In this document: in pieces, positions 8,126 to 16,832 of the stretch
Layout: the number at the start of each line of letters is the position of its first letter
How positions within the stretch are numbered: the first letter of the stretch is position 1
Source of the DNA: a virus
Length of the DNA: 52,459 bases
Reading direction: 5' to 3' (one strand)
Virus genome (UHGV): UHGV-0060500
Program-made: the position numbers and the translations under genes
Notes under the pieces: generated by a model
What the model saw: only the letters and a program-made list of their open reading frames with translations
Database searches by the model: none
What the model was told of the DNA's origin: nothing

Positions 8126-9067
8126 TCAAAGAGCGCCAGCGCGCGTATCACGTAGCGTTTTTGGTTTAAGCAGGAAATCAAGTGTCGCAGTGAAGCCATT
8201 GCCGAAGTAAAAATCTGAAGCCGTGTTTTTGAACGTTTCGAAGTAGGCGACAAAGCCGTTAATGCTTTTGTCTTTCAGGTAGTCAGTGAACGCATAGATC
8301 TTGCGTTCAAGATCCCGATCCAGTTCGGCAGGTGGTAACAGGCCGTCAAACGTGCTGTTAAATGCTTCCACCACGTCGGCAGCGTTTACAGTAGATGATA
8401 GCTTGCGCCATTGTTCAGCATCAGCCAGATACCCATCGAATTTAGTTACCCGGCAAATGTTAACAGGCTTAGGCACTCCACCACGGCTACGCCATTGTGT
8501 CAAAGCCCATTCGATTACTAATGTGATCTCATCCTCCGTGTATGCCTTACGTGTTTTTGTTTCTGTCAGTAGTTCGATAAATGGTTTAGCGTCACGACAC
8601 TTGCATCCTGCCTTGTCGTTGTAGAAGGCCAGGCAACGATAAGCCGCCAGATTAACCTCCCGATCTTCTTCGCTGATAGACCAGTCTTTTTCCAATACAC
8701 GGAGTGTATTGTTTTTAATGTTCTCTTTACTGGTTATATATGACTGGTTAGGGTGACTCTGTGACACTACCCCCGGTGACTCTGTGTCACTACCCCGGTG
8801 ACTCTGTGTCACTACCCCCGGTGTCACAGTGACACTACCATGCAATGACGGAAGGACTATTACATAGAAATTACTAGTTTGCTCTTTTCCTCCGATTAAG
8901 TATCTTGGTTGTTTAATCAACAACCCTTTTTCACAAAGTGAGTCTACAGCCCTCATAGCTGTTCTTTTGCTGATCTCACACTCCTTTGCTATGTGATGGT
9001 AAGAAGGGTAACACTCGCCGTTATCATTAGCGTTATCAGCTAACTTCAACAGCACTAGTTTGTGCAT
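8126..9067 (-). CDS. Replication initiation protein (lambda O-like, N-terminal winged HTH, conserved phage C-terminal domain)
   Basis: N-terminus LKLADNANDNGECYPSYHHIAKECEISKRTAMRAV typical of phage replication initiator HTH; iterons inside the gene; start taken at Met 9067 (SD GAGGT), longer ORF-track start to 9133 is unlikely. Confidence 0.75.
   Translation of the reverse strand: MHKLVLLKLADNANDNGECYPSYHHIAKECEISKRTAMRAVDSLCEKGLLIKQPRYLIGGKEQTSNFYVIVLPSLHGSVTVTPGVVTQSHRGSDTESPGVVSQSHPNQSYITSKENIKNNTLRVLEKDWSISEEDREVNLAAYRCLAFYNDKAGCKCRDAKPFIELLTETKTRKAYTEDEITLVIEWALTQWRSRGGVPKPVNICRVTKFDGYLADAEQWRKLSSTVNAADVVEAFNSTFDGLLPPAELDRDLERKIYAFTDYLKDKSINGFVAYFETFKNTASDFYFGNGFTATLDFLLKPKTLRDTRAGAL
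8752..8840. repeat. Origin iterons: three and a half copies of the 22-23 bp repeat GGTGACTCTGTGTCACTACCCC inside the O-like gene, followed by an AT-rich segment
   Basis: Direct tandem repeats each containing the inverted half-sites GTGAC/GTCAC; the AT-rich stretch 8690-8750 lies downstream in the O reading direction, as in lambda ori. Confidence 0.7.
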
Positions 9068-9232
9068 TGGGTCGCCGACCTCAGTATGGAAGACCTCTAC
9101 CATTAGCCGCATACTCATAAGCATTAACCTCATGGCGAACTAAAACATTAACTGATAAACACAGAAGAAACCTGGCAGCTGGCTGATTAGGCCGCTTCTT
9201 TTCAGTTGATGCAGTGCAGAGATAGTGTCGCG

Positions 9233-9385
9233 TTACGAAATTTCGCACATTTCCGCGATCTCTTCTGGCGTTACTTCGCTTTTGCCGTTGCATCCAGCCT
9301 TTGTTGCCAGTGCAATTAAGATGAGTTTTTGCGCCGGATCATTGTTATTCAGGCGAATATCAAAAGCCTTGCGCACGTAATACAT
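9233..9385 (-). CDS. Small protein (50 aa) paralogous to the N-terminal HTH segment of the O-like initiator
   Basis: DPAQKLILIALATKAGCNGKSEVTPEEIAEMCEIS aligns with O residues DPMHKLVLLKLADNANDNGECYPSYHHIAKECEIS; strong SD AGGAGA 8 nt upstream of the ATG at 9385. Confidence 0.45.
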   Translation of the reverse strand: MYYVRKAFDIRLNNNDPAQKLILIALATKAGCNGKSEVTPEEIAEMCEIS

Positions 9386-9427
9386 ATTCTTTTCTCCTAT
9401 GGTTAGAGTGAACGCGCGGGCGGGCAT

Positions 9428-9690
9428 CCCATTAGCATTAGATAGCAGTGACTGACCGCTGAACAGATCCCGCCGTTGCGTGATATTTGTTTTTCGCTTC
9501 GCAGCGACACCGGATTTTTAAAGAGCTTAAGGTAAGTGCCTTTTTGTGCCTTCAGTTATCTTTTTCCTTGCGTCTTTGCAAGTATGGCCTTACCTTGTCT
9601 GCAAGTTTACAAAATGGAATTTTAAGATCAAGGCTTAAAATACACGTTTTGTGACTTGCATCAAACTTTTTGAGGTTATAGGGTAGCGAC
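9428..9690. promoter_or_regulatory. Divergent immunity-region control region between the replication operon and the cI-like repressor
   Basis: 263 bp non-coding region between divergent operons; contains the repeated TGCAAGT elements and one copy of the dispersed GTTTACAAAATGG motif (9605-9617). Confidence 0.5.
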
Positions 9691-10338
9691 ATGAAAACAA
9701 AATGGTATGACTTAGCAAAGCAGCTCATGCGGGCGCAGGGCATGAGCCAGGATTCACTCGCGGATCGTATGGGGATAACTAAAGGCGGCCTGTCACACTG
9801 GCTGAACGGTCGCCGAGAGCCAAATCTTGAAGATATTGCGCGGATTATGCGCGAGCTTGGTCGTCGGCAGTTTACTGTTACACATGATGGCATGGTCATT
9901 GATGATTCTGTTTCTAATACACTTCAGGCCGTGCCGCCGCGTGATTTAGGTAGTTACCCGGTTATTGACTGGAAGGACACAGTAAACAATATGGATGACG
10001 CAAGGCGTTCAGCATTACGACACGTTACGACTAGCGTTATTTGTTCAGATGACAGTTACTGGCTGGTTGCCAAAGGTGAATCAATGAACGCGCCGCAGGG
10101 GTTGAGCATCCCGGCGGGGACGATGATACTTGTGGACCCGCACGCGCCAGCTATTGACGGCAAACTGGTTATAGCCCAGCTTGAGGAAGGGCAGATACCG
10201 ACGTTTAAACAGTTGATTATTGATGGAGGTCAAAGGCTTTTACGTTCGCTCAATCCGCTGTATCCGCCAATCCCTATGAATCCAGAATCAAAAATTATAG
10301 GCGTGGTGGTTGATGCGAAGATCGTAAACCTGCCATAA
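9691..10338 (+). CDS. cI: CI-like repressor (HTH_XRE plus S24 LexA-like peptidase domain)
   Basis: 215 aa; N-terminal HTH (QDSLADRMGITKGGLSHWLNGRREP); C-terminal GESM...K self-cleavage motif pattern. Confidence 0.85.
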   Translation: MKTKWYDLAKQLMRAQGMSQDSLADRMGITKGGLSHWLNGRREPNLEDIARIMRELGRRQFTVTHDGMVIDDSVSNTLQAVPPRDLGSYPVIDWKDTVNNMDDARRSALRHVTTSVICSDDSYWLVAKGESMNAPQGLSIPAGTMILVDPHAPAIDGKLVIAQLEEGQIPTFKQLIIDGGQRLLRSLNPLYPPIPMNPESKIIGVVVDAKIVNLP

Positions 10339-10343
10339 ACATT

Positions 10344-10369
10344 AGCCGCCGAATGGCGGCTTTTCTTTG
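10344..10369 (+). terminator. Rho-independent terminator after the repressor gene
   Basis: Hairpin AGCCGCCGAATGGCGGCT followed by TTTTCTTT. Confidence 0.55.
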
Positions 10370-10838
10370 CCTGGGAAACACCAAAACGTAAACAGAAAAC
10401 GTTATTTATTATTTAAATATCAATGGCATATAAAATATTTTAAAAAAGTATACAAAATGGATTGACTCGATGTTTTACGGGGCGTATATTGCGAGTCAAA
10501 GGAAGGGCGCAGGTAACAAAAGCAACTTCCTGGCACTTTAAAAATCAGGCTTAACACCTTGTCAACCGTGGAGTAACTCCCCGATGGGGGACCGAAAGCG
10601 GCACTGATAACAAGGCGCATGGGGTGTTTAAAGCGTTACATCCCCCACGAAACCGCACGCAAGGCGACGAGTCAGCTTGCTTGGAGTGAGCAAGGTCACG
10701 CCGGGAACGGCGATGATTGCGGGATTAGTTGAAAGATGTTAAGCCGCTCATTAACAATCTGGTCAGCCGCTGGAAGTGCGGCAATTAACGAAGATGATTT
10801 TTTATTAAGTATCATCAAGGATATACGGAGATCAGATT
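10370..10838 (+). promoter_or_regulatory. Long GC-rich untranslated region (candidate early leftward-type promoter and antitermination/structured RNA region)
   Basis: About 470 bp without a plausible ORF, several GC-rich hairpins (CCCCGATGGGGG, GGGGTGTTTAAAGCGTTACATCCCCC), one dispersed-motif copy at 10448-10460. Confidence 0.3.
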
Positions 10839-11129
10839 ATGAGCGTTACAATTATATATGGTAAATGTGATAGCAAAATGAATGCCAGGGAACGCAGAAG
10901 GATAAAAAGAGAAAACGAAAGAAAATCATCACCTGCAATCAATAAAACAGACAATGTGGATAAAGCTATTCGATTTGCAAACGAGGAAAGATGCAAACCA
11001 AATAGCATTAAAGAACGTCGCAAAGGATCAGTAAAATGGTATACGGAAAATGAAAGCGGCAGCTACTACCACGCAACGCAACCACGCCATTTAGGGGAAA
11101 AACCCCTGGATAAAGTCCGCTACCATTAA
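10839..11129 (+). CDS. Putative N-like antitermination protein (arginine-rich motif)
   Basis: 96 aa; MNARERRRIKRENERK resembles N-family arginine-rich RNA-binding motifs; first gene after the repressor; start may be the internal Met at 10878. Confidence 0.4.
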   Translation: MSVTIIYGKCDSKMNARERRRIKRENERKSSPAINKTDNVDKAIRFANEERCKPNSIKERRKGSVKWYTENESGSYYHATQPRHLGEKPLDKVRYH

Positions 11130-11159
11130 TACAAAATGTAAACATCCGGAGATGACATT

Positions 11160-11282
11160 ATGGTTATTCAGGCGCTTCAATTCAAACTGGCAGTAGCGGA
11201 AATGCTTCACGATGCCGAAATGTGGAGCGCCGCGAATAAAGCCTTATACATAGTGTTAACAGCACGGGAGATTAAATGGTGA
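11160..11282 (+). CDS. Hypothetical small protein (40 aa)
   Basis: ATG with GGAG 9 nt upstream; stop overlaps the erf start. Confidence 0.3.
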   Translation: MVIQALQFKLAVAEMLHDAEMWSAANKALYIVLTAREIKW

Positions 11283-11920
11283 AAACAGAGTTACATAAAA
11301 AGCTATGGACGATTCAGCAAACGCTGAACGCGCCGAAAAATCAGCGTAATAATTTTGGTGGATATAATTACAGGTCGGCGGAGGATATTTTAGAGGCGGT
11401 TAAACCACTGCTTCAAAGTATTACGCTGACTGTAAGCGATGAAATTGTCCTGATCGGCAATCGCTATTATGTGAAAGCTACGGCGACGCTAAGCGACGGT
11501 GAAGACGAAATAGCGGTAACGGCTTACGCCAGGGAAGAAGAAAGCAAGAAGGGAATGGACGCAAGCCAGCTAACAGGTGCGACATCAAGTTACGCGCGAA
11601 AATATGCTTTGAACGGTTTATTCTGCATTGATGATGCGCGAGATCCTGATACTGACGCATACGCTAAGCAGACAGGCCAGCAGCCTCGCCAGCAGAAAAA
11701 CCCACCAAAACAACAACCACAGCAGCAGAAAGCGCCGCCAAATCCTGATGAAGTATTAGCACGTTTCTGTGATGCAGCAGCGAAAGCGCAGGACGCTAAC
11801 AAGCTGCGTGAAATATTTGGCAAATGCTGGAAATTACTACCGGAAGGATCGGAACATCGAATCAAGGCAAAAGATGTTTATGACATCCGGGTAGCAGAGC
11901 TTAACGGGGAGATGGGTTAA
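11276..11920 (+). CDS. erf: Erf-family single-strand annealing protein
   Basis: 214 aa; N-terminal region (GGYNYRSAEDILEAVKPLL...VTAYARE...GATSSYARKYALNGLF) matches the Erf family as recalled; Q/P-rich linker. Confidence 0.7.
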   Translation: MVKTELHKKLWTIQQTLNAPKNQRNNFGGYNYRSAEDILEAVKPLLQSITLTVSDEIVLIGNRYYVKATATLSDGEDEIAVTAYAREEESKKGMDASQLTGATSSYARKYALNGLFCIDDARDPDTDAYAKQTGQQPRQQKNPPKQQPQQQKAPPNPDEVLARFCDAAAKAQDANKLREIFGKCWKLLPEGSEHRIKAKDVYDIRVAELNGEMG

Positions 11921-12324
11921 TGAGTTTAAATTCAATCACGCTGGGCGGGAATATCGGTAATGATATGGAGGTTCGCTACACACAAAACGGGAAAGCGATT
12001 GGTAGTTTTCCGTTAGCTGTAACGAATGGCTACGGCGATAATAAGCGGACAATGTGGGTCACTTGCCTGGTATTTGGTGAGCGTGCGGAAAAATTAGCGC
12101 CACATATCCGCAAGGGTGGAAAAATAGTGGTAAGCGGTCGCCTGGATGTTCGGCAATATGACCGGAACGACGGCACGAAGGGAACGGCGGTAGAAGTGGC
12201 GGTTAACGAATTTGAATTCATGAACGTTAACCAACAAGGCCAGCAGCAGAAAGCGCCTCCGCAGCAGCAGAATAATAACGGGAATAATCCGCCGATGGAC
12301 TTTGATGACGATATCCCGTTTTGA
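11920..12324 (+). CDS. ssb: Single-stranded DNA-binding protein
   Basis: 134 aa OB-fold protein with Gln/Pro-rich tail ending in the acidic DFDDDIPF, as in bacterial SSB. Confidence 0.9.
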   Translation: MSLNSITLGGNIGNDMEVRYTQNGKAIGSFPLAVTNGYGDNKRTMWVTCLVFGERAEKLAPHIRKGGKIVVSGRLDVRQYDRNDGTKGTAVEVAVNEFEFMNVNQQGQQQKAPPQQQNNNGNNPPMDFDDDIPF

Positions 12325-12339
12325 TCCAATAGGTTAGCG

Positions 12340-12618
12340 ATGGTTGATTATCTAAAACCGCCACCACCGCCACGAACAAAAGAGCAAGTATTAAAAGAAG
12401 CCCGTGATCAAATCGATCGCGGGCTTTTTTTATGCGGCACGGCAGCGGAACGGATGGCAAAAAGATTTAGTGACCTGTACGCAAAACAAATATGGTTCGA
12501 CAACTGGCAGGCAAGTTTTTATCCGCTGCAAAGAAAACCGGATATGCACTGGCCTGAATATGTCGATCCACGTATGCGCAAATATCGCGGGCGTATGGGC
12601 CAGGTCATTAACGATTAA
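12340..12618 (+). CDS. Hypothetical protein (92 aa)
   Basis: Plus-strand ORF in the tightly packed early operon. Confidence 0.4.
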   Translation: MVDYLKPPPPPRTKEQVLKEARDQIDRGLFLCGTAAERMAKRFSDLYAKQIWFDNWQASFYPLQRKPDMHWPEYVDPRMRKYRGRMGQVIND

Positions 12619-12630
12619 TGAGGTGTTATC

Positions 12631-12855
12631 ATGATTGAAGAAAAAGAAGTAGACAAGGAAATTCCTGACGGTTGTGATGAGCTTATTTGTTTTGACGGCG
12701 GCCTGTATGAGTTCGAAACGTCTGCAGGGTGGCACGATAAATGGCCTAAGCCTACTCGCCAGGAATTAAGCGACCGTAAATCATTCGGCGAAGATGCCGA
12801 ACGGCTGGCTAATAACAAATGGCTTGATAAGTTAATTGCGGAGGGTGGCAAATGA
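12631..12855 (+). CDS. Hypothetical protein (74 aa)
   Basis: ORF with coupled stop/start to the next gene. Confidence 0.4.
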   Translation: MIEEKEVDKEIPDGCDELICFDGGLYEFETSAGWHDKWPKPTRQELSDRKSFGEDAERLANNKWLDKLIAEGGK

Positions 12856-12965
12856 GCTTTGCAAAAATTGCCGCATTGCTTGCGGCTTTATCTATCGCCG
12901 TGCTGTATCTCAGTGTATCTCTTTATATCACGGTAGCGATCATTAAACTCATTACTAACATGTGA
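12852..12965 (+). CDS. Small membrane protein (37 aa)
   Basis: MSFAKIAALLAALSIAVLYLSVSLYITVAIIKLITNM; ATGA overlap with the upstream stop. Confidence 0.35.
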   Translation: MSFAKIAALLAALSIAVLYLSVSLYITVAIIKLITNM

Positions 12966-12973
12966 GGCCAATC

Positions 12974-13093
12974 ATGAAAGTCGGTAAGGATATTGTGACT
13001 GTCGCGTTTTGCATTATTTGCTTCCTGTTTGTGGTTGTTTCTTGTGGCGCATTTGCTGCGTTGGTTAGCTTTATTTTTAGAGGGTTGCCGTGA
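12974..13093 (+). CDS. Small membrane protein (39 aa)
   Basis: MKVGKDIVTVAFCIICFLFVVVSCGAFAALVSFIFRGLP; follows the previous small membrane ORF. Confidence 0.35.
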   Translation: MKVGKDIVTVAFCIICFLFVVVSCGAFAALVSFIFRGLP

Positions 13094-13365
13094 TGAAAAC
13101 ATGGGATGCAAAGGCTGGTGATCTTGTTGTGTTGCCTGAATATCGTGATGACCCTGGCCTGGTTGTACTGAATAAGATATATAACGATCTCGAGCGCCCG
13201 CTAGTGGTTAAATACCTGGACGGAACAATCATAGAACCGCGCTACTTTGATGAGATTGAACTAAAGGCCCACAATGTTCGCGTTAAGCCGTTCCGTGCTT
13301 ATGTTGAAAACCACTGGCGGAAATTGTTCGCCGGACTGAATGGGATGTTTGGCGTATGGCTATAA
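13093..13365 (+). CDS. Hypothetical protein (about 90 aa)
   Basis: ORF; ATG at 13093 preferred over the GTG at 13090. Confidence 0.4.
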   Translation: MKTWDAKAGDLVVLPEYRDDPGLVVLNKIYNDLERPLVVKYLDGTIIEPRYFDEIELKAHNVRVKPFRAYVENHWRKLFAGLNGMFGVWL

Positions 13366-13547
13366 AATTAGTGAAAGTTAAAGACCTGAAAGGCGGCGAA
13401 AAGATCCGCACGTGGTATGGCTATAAATTTATTGTCGCTGCCTTTTCTTTCGGGTCAGGGGGTCAAGTAACATTATTTGATGAAGAAGACGACGAGGTGG
13501 GTAAATGGCATCTTGAACAATATGTTGAGGTGTTAAATGAAAATTAA
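13356..13547 (+). CDS. Hypothetical protein (63 aa)
   Basis: ORF in operon. Confidence 0.35.
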   Translation: MAIKLVKVKDLKGGEKIRTWYGYKFIVAAFSFGSGGQVTLFDEEDDEVGKWHLEQYVEVLNEN

Positions 13548-13869
13548 ATTACATAAGGCCTATGATAGCGAAACAAATAAGCTATCACTATTTATTGAGT
13601 TCGAACGCCGGATCGTGTGTGTACCGTGGGCGCGTCGCTTTAATGATGCAGCAGGGCGGCGACAGTTCGCGTTAGACATGTTGTTGCGCGGTTGCGGCCT
13701 TATGCGCCCGCTATCTGATTTAAAACGGATGATGCCGGGATCGTTCGGTCAGATTGATGAAATAGAAATAAGCCCGGAAGAACTGAAACGTGAGCGTGAT
13801 TTATTCCTTTCAAGCGAAGGAAACCCGTTTAATTCAGAAACTGAAATGAAATGGCATCATCCACTATAA
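13537..13869 (+). CDS. Hypothetical protein (110 aa)
   Basis: ORF in operon. Confidence 0.4.
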   Translation: MKIKLHKAYDSETNKLSLFIEFERRIVCVPWARRFNDAAGRRQFALDMLLRGCGLMRPLSDLKRMMPGSFGQIDEIEISPEELKRERDLFLSSEGNPFNSETEMKWHHPL

Positions 13870-14501
13870 GGGTAAATATTATGAACAATATCAAAACGGC
13901 TTATTCACTCGGCAGCGAAGGCATGTTAATTACTCGCTACACAGAGGACGCGAGCTTTCACGAAGTGGTAACTAAGGATTATCACGAAGTTTTAAAAGAT
14001 ATGGAAGCAGGAGTGTATGACAGTGACTTAAATCTGGCGCTACAGATTGTTGATATTATGATGGATGCATCAATCCGCGATTACGTGTCTTTAAGCATGG
14101 AAGAAAAAACATCGGTAGCGCGTTATGTGTTCTGCCTCACTTTCGTAAGACGCATGGAGGAGGAATTCGGACGCGCACCAGTGCCGGAAGATGTTGATCC
14201 GCTCGCGTTCGGAAGTGCTGTTATTTTCCCGTTGAACAAGGATCGGCTTGGCAGTGTTTCACTGCATTCTATGCGCGCCCTGATGAAAAAGGTCTTTGAG
14301 GTTAAGATGTTGCAGAAATTTATTGAGGAAGGACACGAAGAAGTGAACGTTAAGGCGTTTATTCCGGTGCTTTACGGAAATTTTGTTGGCGATGATATGC
14401 GCGCTAATGAATTAGGCGTACAGGCGGCTATAGCTACGCTTAACGAAGCAATGAAAAGTGCACAGCCTATTCATGAACAGGAAAAACGTGTACTGCATTA
14501 A
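13851..14501 (+). CDS. Hypothetical protein (about 200 aa; start uncertain, possibly 13881)
   Basis: Long ORF, no motif recognised. Confidence 0.45.
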   Translation: MASSTIRVNIMNNIKTAYSLGSEGMLITRYTEDASFHEVVTKDYHEVLKDMEAGVYDSDLNLALQIVDIMMDASIRDYVSLSMEEKTSVARYVFCLTFVRRMEEEFGRAPVPEDVDPLAFGSAVIFPLNKDRLGSVSLHSMRALMKKVFEVKMLQKFIEEGHEEVNVKAFIPVLYGNFVGDDMRANELGVQAAIATLNEAMKSAQPIHEQEKRVLH

Positions 14502-14543
14502 CAGCGTGATTGCGATCACATAAATATACATTTTGTATTGTGA

Positions 14544-14819
14544 TTGCATATCCGTTTTGTAAGCCGAAATCAAAAGGTTTACGGTGCGGAGGAAGCAAAA
14601 ATGGAACGCGAATTGATGCTTTATTGCGTAGAAGGTGGCGTAGGTCACGATGCCTACGTCGCCGGGAAAGGCTATCCAGCCGATGAAGTGCTTTCTAATA
14701 TGCACTTCAGAGAAAATGAAAGCCAGGTGTCTGTGTGGAAACGGTGCATTGATGGTATTGAAGTTGTAAGTATCGAGCGGTATTTAGGCACGTTTGATTA
14801 CGGTGTTATTGAGGCTTAA
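14544..14819 (+). CDS. Hypothetical protein (start possibly 14601)
   Basis: ORF after an intergenic region carrying repeat motifs. Confidence 0.35.
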   Translation: MHIRFVSRNQKVYGAEEAKMERELMLYCVEGGVGHDAYVAGKGYPADEVLSNMHFRENESQVSVWKRCIDGIEVVSIERYLGTFDYGVIEA

Positions 14820-14917
14820 TTATGGACGATACATTGTTTTATATGTGCTGTTGCTGGGGTTTTATTGCTTTATGCCTGTTTATCAGGTGGTTTATTGAAT
14901 ACCATATGAGGTGATTT

Positions 14918-15109
14918 ATGAAATGCGTTGCATATTACAGGCTACCGGATAACGCCAAGTTAGCTGGGATCGGTCAATTTGGCTGTTATTACTATAACTC
15001 AATCGGTGATATTTACTTTGTAAATATTGTTGGTGGTGTGCAGCATTTTCGCTTGATGACTTGCACATTAAAAGAACTAAAACAGGCGGTAAAAATGTAT
15101 GAAGTATAA
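14918..15109 (+). CDS. Hypothetical protein (63 aa)
   Basis: ORF. Confidence 0.35.
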   Translation: MKCVAYYRLPDNAKLAGIGQFGCYYYNSIGDIYFVNIVGGVQHFRLMTCTLKELKQAVKMYEV

Positions 15110-15302
15110 ACGCTATAAAGAATGGAAAATACCGGAATCAGCAACAAAAGCAGCGCCAGGAAATTATTCTGGCGTTTACTTTTTTATGGATGGCAAATGG
15201 TATTTCGGCAGCAGGCCAGATCGCTATTATCAGGAAATATGCAAGCCTCACGTATGGGATATTAAAGAGCGCGTGAAAGGCGGGGTAATTGAGGACGTTT
15301 AA
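15099..15302 (+). CDS. Hypothetical protein (67 aa)
   Basis: ORF. Confidence 0.35.
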   Translation: MKYKRYKEWKIPESATKAAPGNYSGVYFFMDGKWYFGSRPDRYYQEICKPHVWDIKERVKGGVIEDV

Positions 15303-15303
15303 A

Positions 15304-15540
15304 ATGCTTAAGAGCTTTTTTAACTGGTTGGGGGCGTGGCTTTTGGCTACGCTTTTTGTTTTACTGGCGGCCCTGACTGTTATCGGTGTTATTATGCTGG
15401 GGGCTATGTTTATTACGTGGTCGCTTCCTGAATTTAACGACATTGGGAATATTCTTTTTGCAGCCCGCGCTTTATTGGCTGTTAGCGCATTCATTGGTTT
15501 TTGCTGGACTGCCGCGCCTGATTGGGCTGACACATGGTGA
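15304..15540 (+). CDS. Small membrane protein (about 78 aa, two predicted TM helices)
   Basis: MLKSFFNWLGAWLLATLFVLLAALTVIGVIMLGAMF...; SD GAGGACG. Confidence 0.4.
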   Translation: MLKSFFNWLGAWLLATLFVLLAALTVIGVIMLGAMFITWSLPEFNDIGNILFAARALLAVSAFIGFCWTAAPDWADTW

Positions 15541-15544
15541 TCCT

Positions 15545-15778
15545 ATGGCTTTATTCAATATGTCAGAGCCGCAATTTAACGCCGTAAAGACTGCCGCCCG
15601 CGCCGCGCTTTCGGCCTGCAAAGCGGAGGTAGAGAAGAACGGCTACAGCGATAAAGCCACGCGGCTGATATTAGACAAGCATTATCGCAAGGTCGCCCCG
15701 CTAATCAGTATTGAGCGTTTTGTGTGGTTGGTGGGGTATCTGAATAACCGCTGGGGAACAGATCAGGATTATTTCTAA
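15545..15778 (+). CDS. Hypothetical protein (about 77 aa)
   Basis: ORF; internal ATG start chosen to avoid a long overlap. Confidence 0.3.
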   Translation: MALFNMSEPQFNAVKTAARAALSACKAEVEKNGYSDKATRLILDKHYRKVAPLISIERFVWLVGYLNNRWGTDQDYF

Positions 15779-15787
15779 GGGGGCGTA

Positions 15788-16327
15788 ATGAAAAATGATT
15801 ACGGCGGCAGCCATACGCCGAAAGAAATAAAGGACTTATGGCAAACGCCAAAACCCGTTTTTAGAGGAATGGATCGTGAATTCGAATTCGTCGCGGACGT
15901 GGCGGCAAACAAGGCAAACGCATTAATCCCGCGATATATAACCGAAGAAATGGACACGCTGCATTATCCGTGGGGAGCGGTGGCAATGCCTGGTGAGTAT
16001 GTCTGGCTTAATCCGCCATATTCGAATCCGGGGCCATTCGTTGATAAGGCAGCGATGGAACATCACCGAAATCATATTGGCTGTGTAATGTTGTTGCCCG
16101 CTGATATCTCTGTTGGCTGGTTTATGAACGGCGTGGAGACGGCAAACGAATGCCGATTAATCACGCGCGGGCGGCTGGCGTTTATCAATGCTGCGACAGG
16201 GAAACCAGCAAGCGGAAACAATAAGGGTAGCTTGTTTTTGATCTGGCATCCACGGTGCAGACATGAATGTATTTTCACGCAGATAACACGTAAAGAGCTA
16301 TATGCAAGAGGTGCAGAAAATGAGTAA
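15788..16327 (+). CDS. dam: Phage DNA N6-adenine methyltransferase (Dam-like)
   Basis: 179 aa; catalytic NPPY motif (VWLNPPYSNPG) and overall pattern of the phage N-6-adenine methyltransferase family. Confidence 0.75.
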   Translation: MKNDYGGSHTPKEIKDLWQTPKPVFRGMDREFEFVADVAANKANALIPRYITEEMDTLHYPWGAVAMPGEYVWLNPPYSNPGPFVDKAAMEHHRNHIGCVMLLPADISVGWFMNGVETANECRLITRGRLAFINAATGKPASGNNKGSLFLIWHPRCRHECIFTQITRKELYARGAENE

Positions 16328-16832
16328 AGCGGCTGAATTGCTAAGACTTGCGGCTGAAACTATTGAGGCAAGAGGGGAACAAAACGGATACGATCGAAAA
16401 GAAGAAAAATCAGCGCCAAAAGTAGCGGCTATTTTCAACGCTAAGATGAATGCAAATTTAACCCCGCTTGATGTATGGGATCTACTAATTTGTCTCAAGG
16501 AAGCGCGTTTAGGGGCTATTTTAAGCAATGGTAGCGACCCGCTCGATACTCTTATAGACCTTATTGCTTATAACGCGCTAAAAGCGGAGCAAATATTAAC
16601 GGAGCGGGAGGAAGAGCAAAAGAAAAAACAGGGCGTTTTTGATCTCCCTATCGGTGGATTGAAGAAAACTTTTGCTGACCTTGCCGGACCAGAACCATCT
16701 ATTGTACCGGGGACAATCCCACCTGTGATGTTTAACGGTGGTGAGATTACTAATCGGCTTGATGTGAAGTTTGACAACGAATCGCTATTACGCGCGGCGG
16801 GGTATCATAAAAATGGAAAGGGTGACAATTGA
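16320..16832 (+). CDS. Hypothetical protein (about 170 aa)
   Basis: ORF between the two methyltransferase genes; SD GAGGTG before the ATG at 16320. Confidence 0.4.
   Translation: MSKAAELLRLAAETIEARGEQNGYDRKEEKSAPKVAAIFNAKMNANLTPLDVWDLLICLKEARLGAILSNGSDPLDTLIDLIAYNALKAEQILTEREEEQKKKQGVFDLPIGGLKKTFADLAGPEPSIVPGTIPPVMFNGGEITNRLDVKFDNESLLRAAGYHKNGKGDN

Noticed and set aside
8752-8840. Iteron repeats considered as a CRISPR array or mobile-element terminal repeats
   Set aside because: Contiguous direct repeats without spacers inside the initiator gene, followed by an AT-rich stretch; fits a replication origin.
9068-9133. N-terminal extension of the O-like ORF (MRLMLMSMRLMVEVFHTEVGDP)
   Set aside because: Repetitive Met/Arg/Leu sequence with no SD; the Met at 9067 with a GAGGT SD aligns with the paralogous upstream ORF.
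9552-9899. 115 aa minus-strand ORF overlapping the start of the repressor gene
   Set aside because: Antisense to the repressor and extending through the operator region; no SD; considered as a cro candidate but its sequence looks like an out-of-frame artefact.
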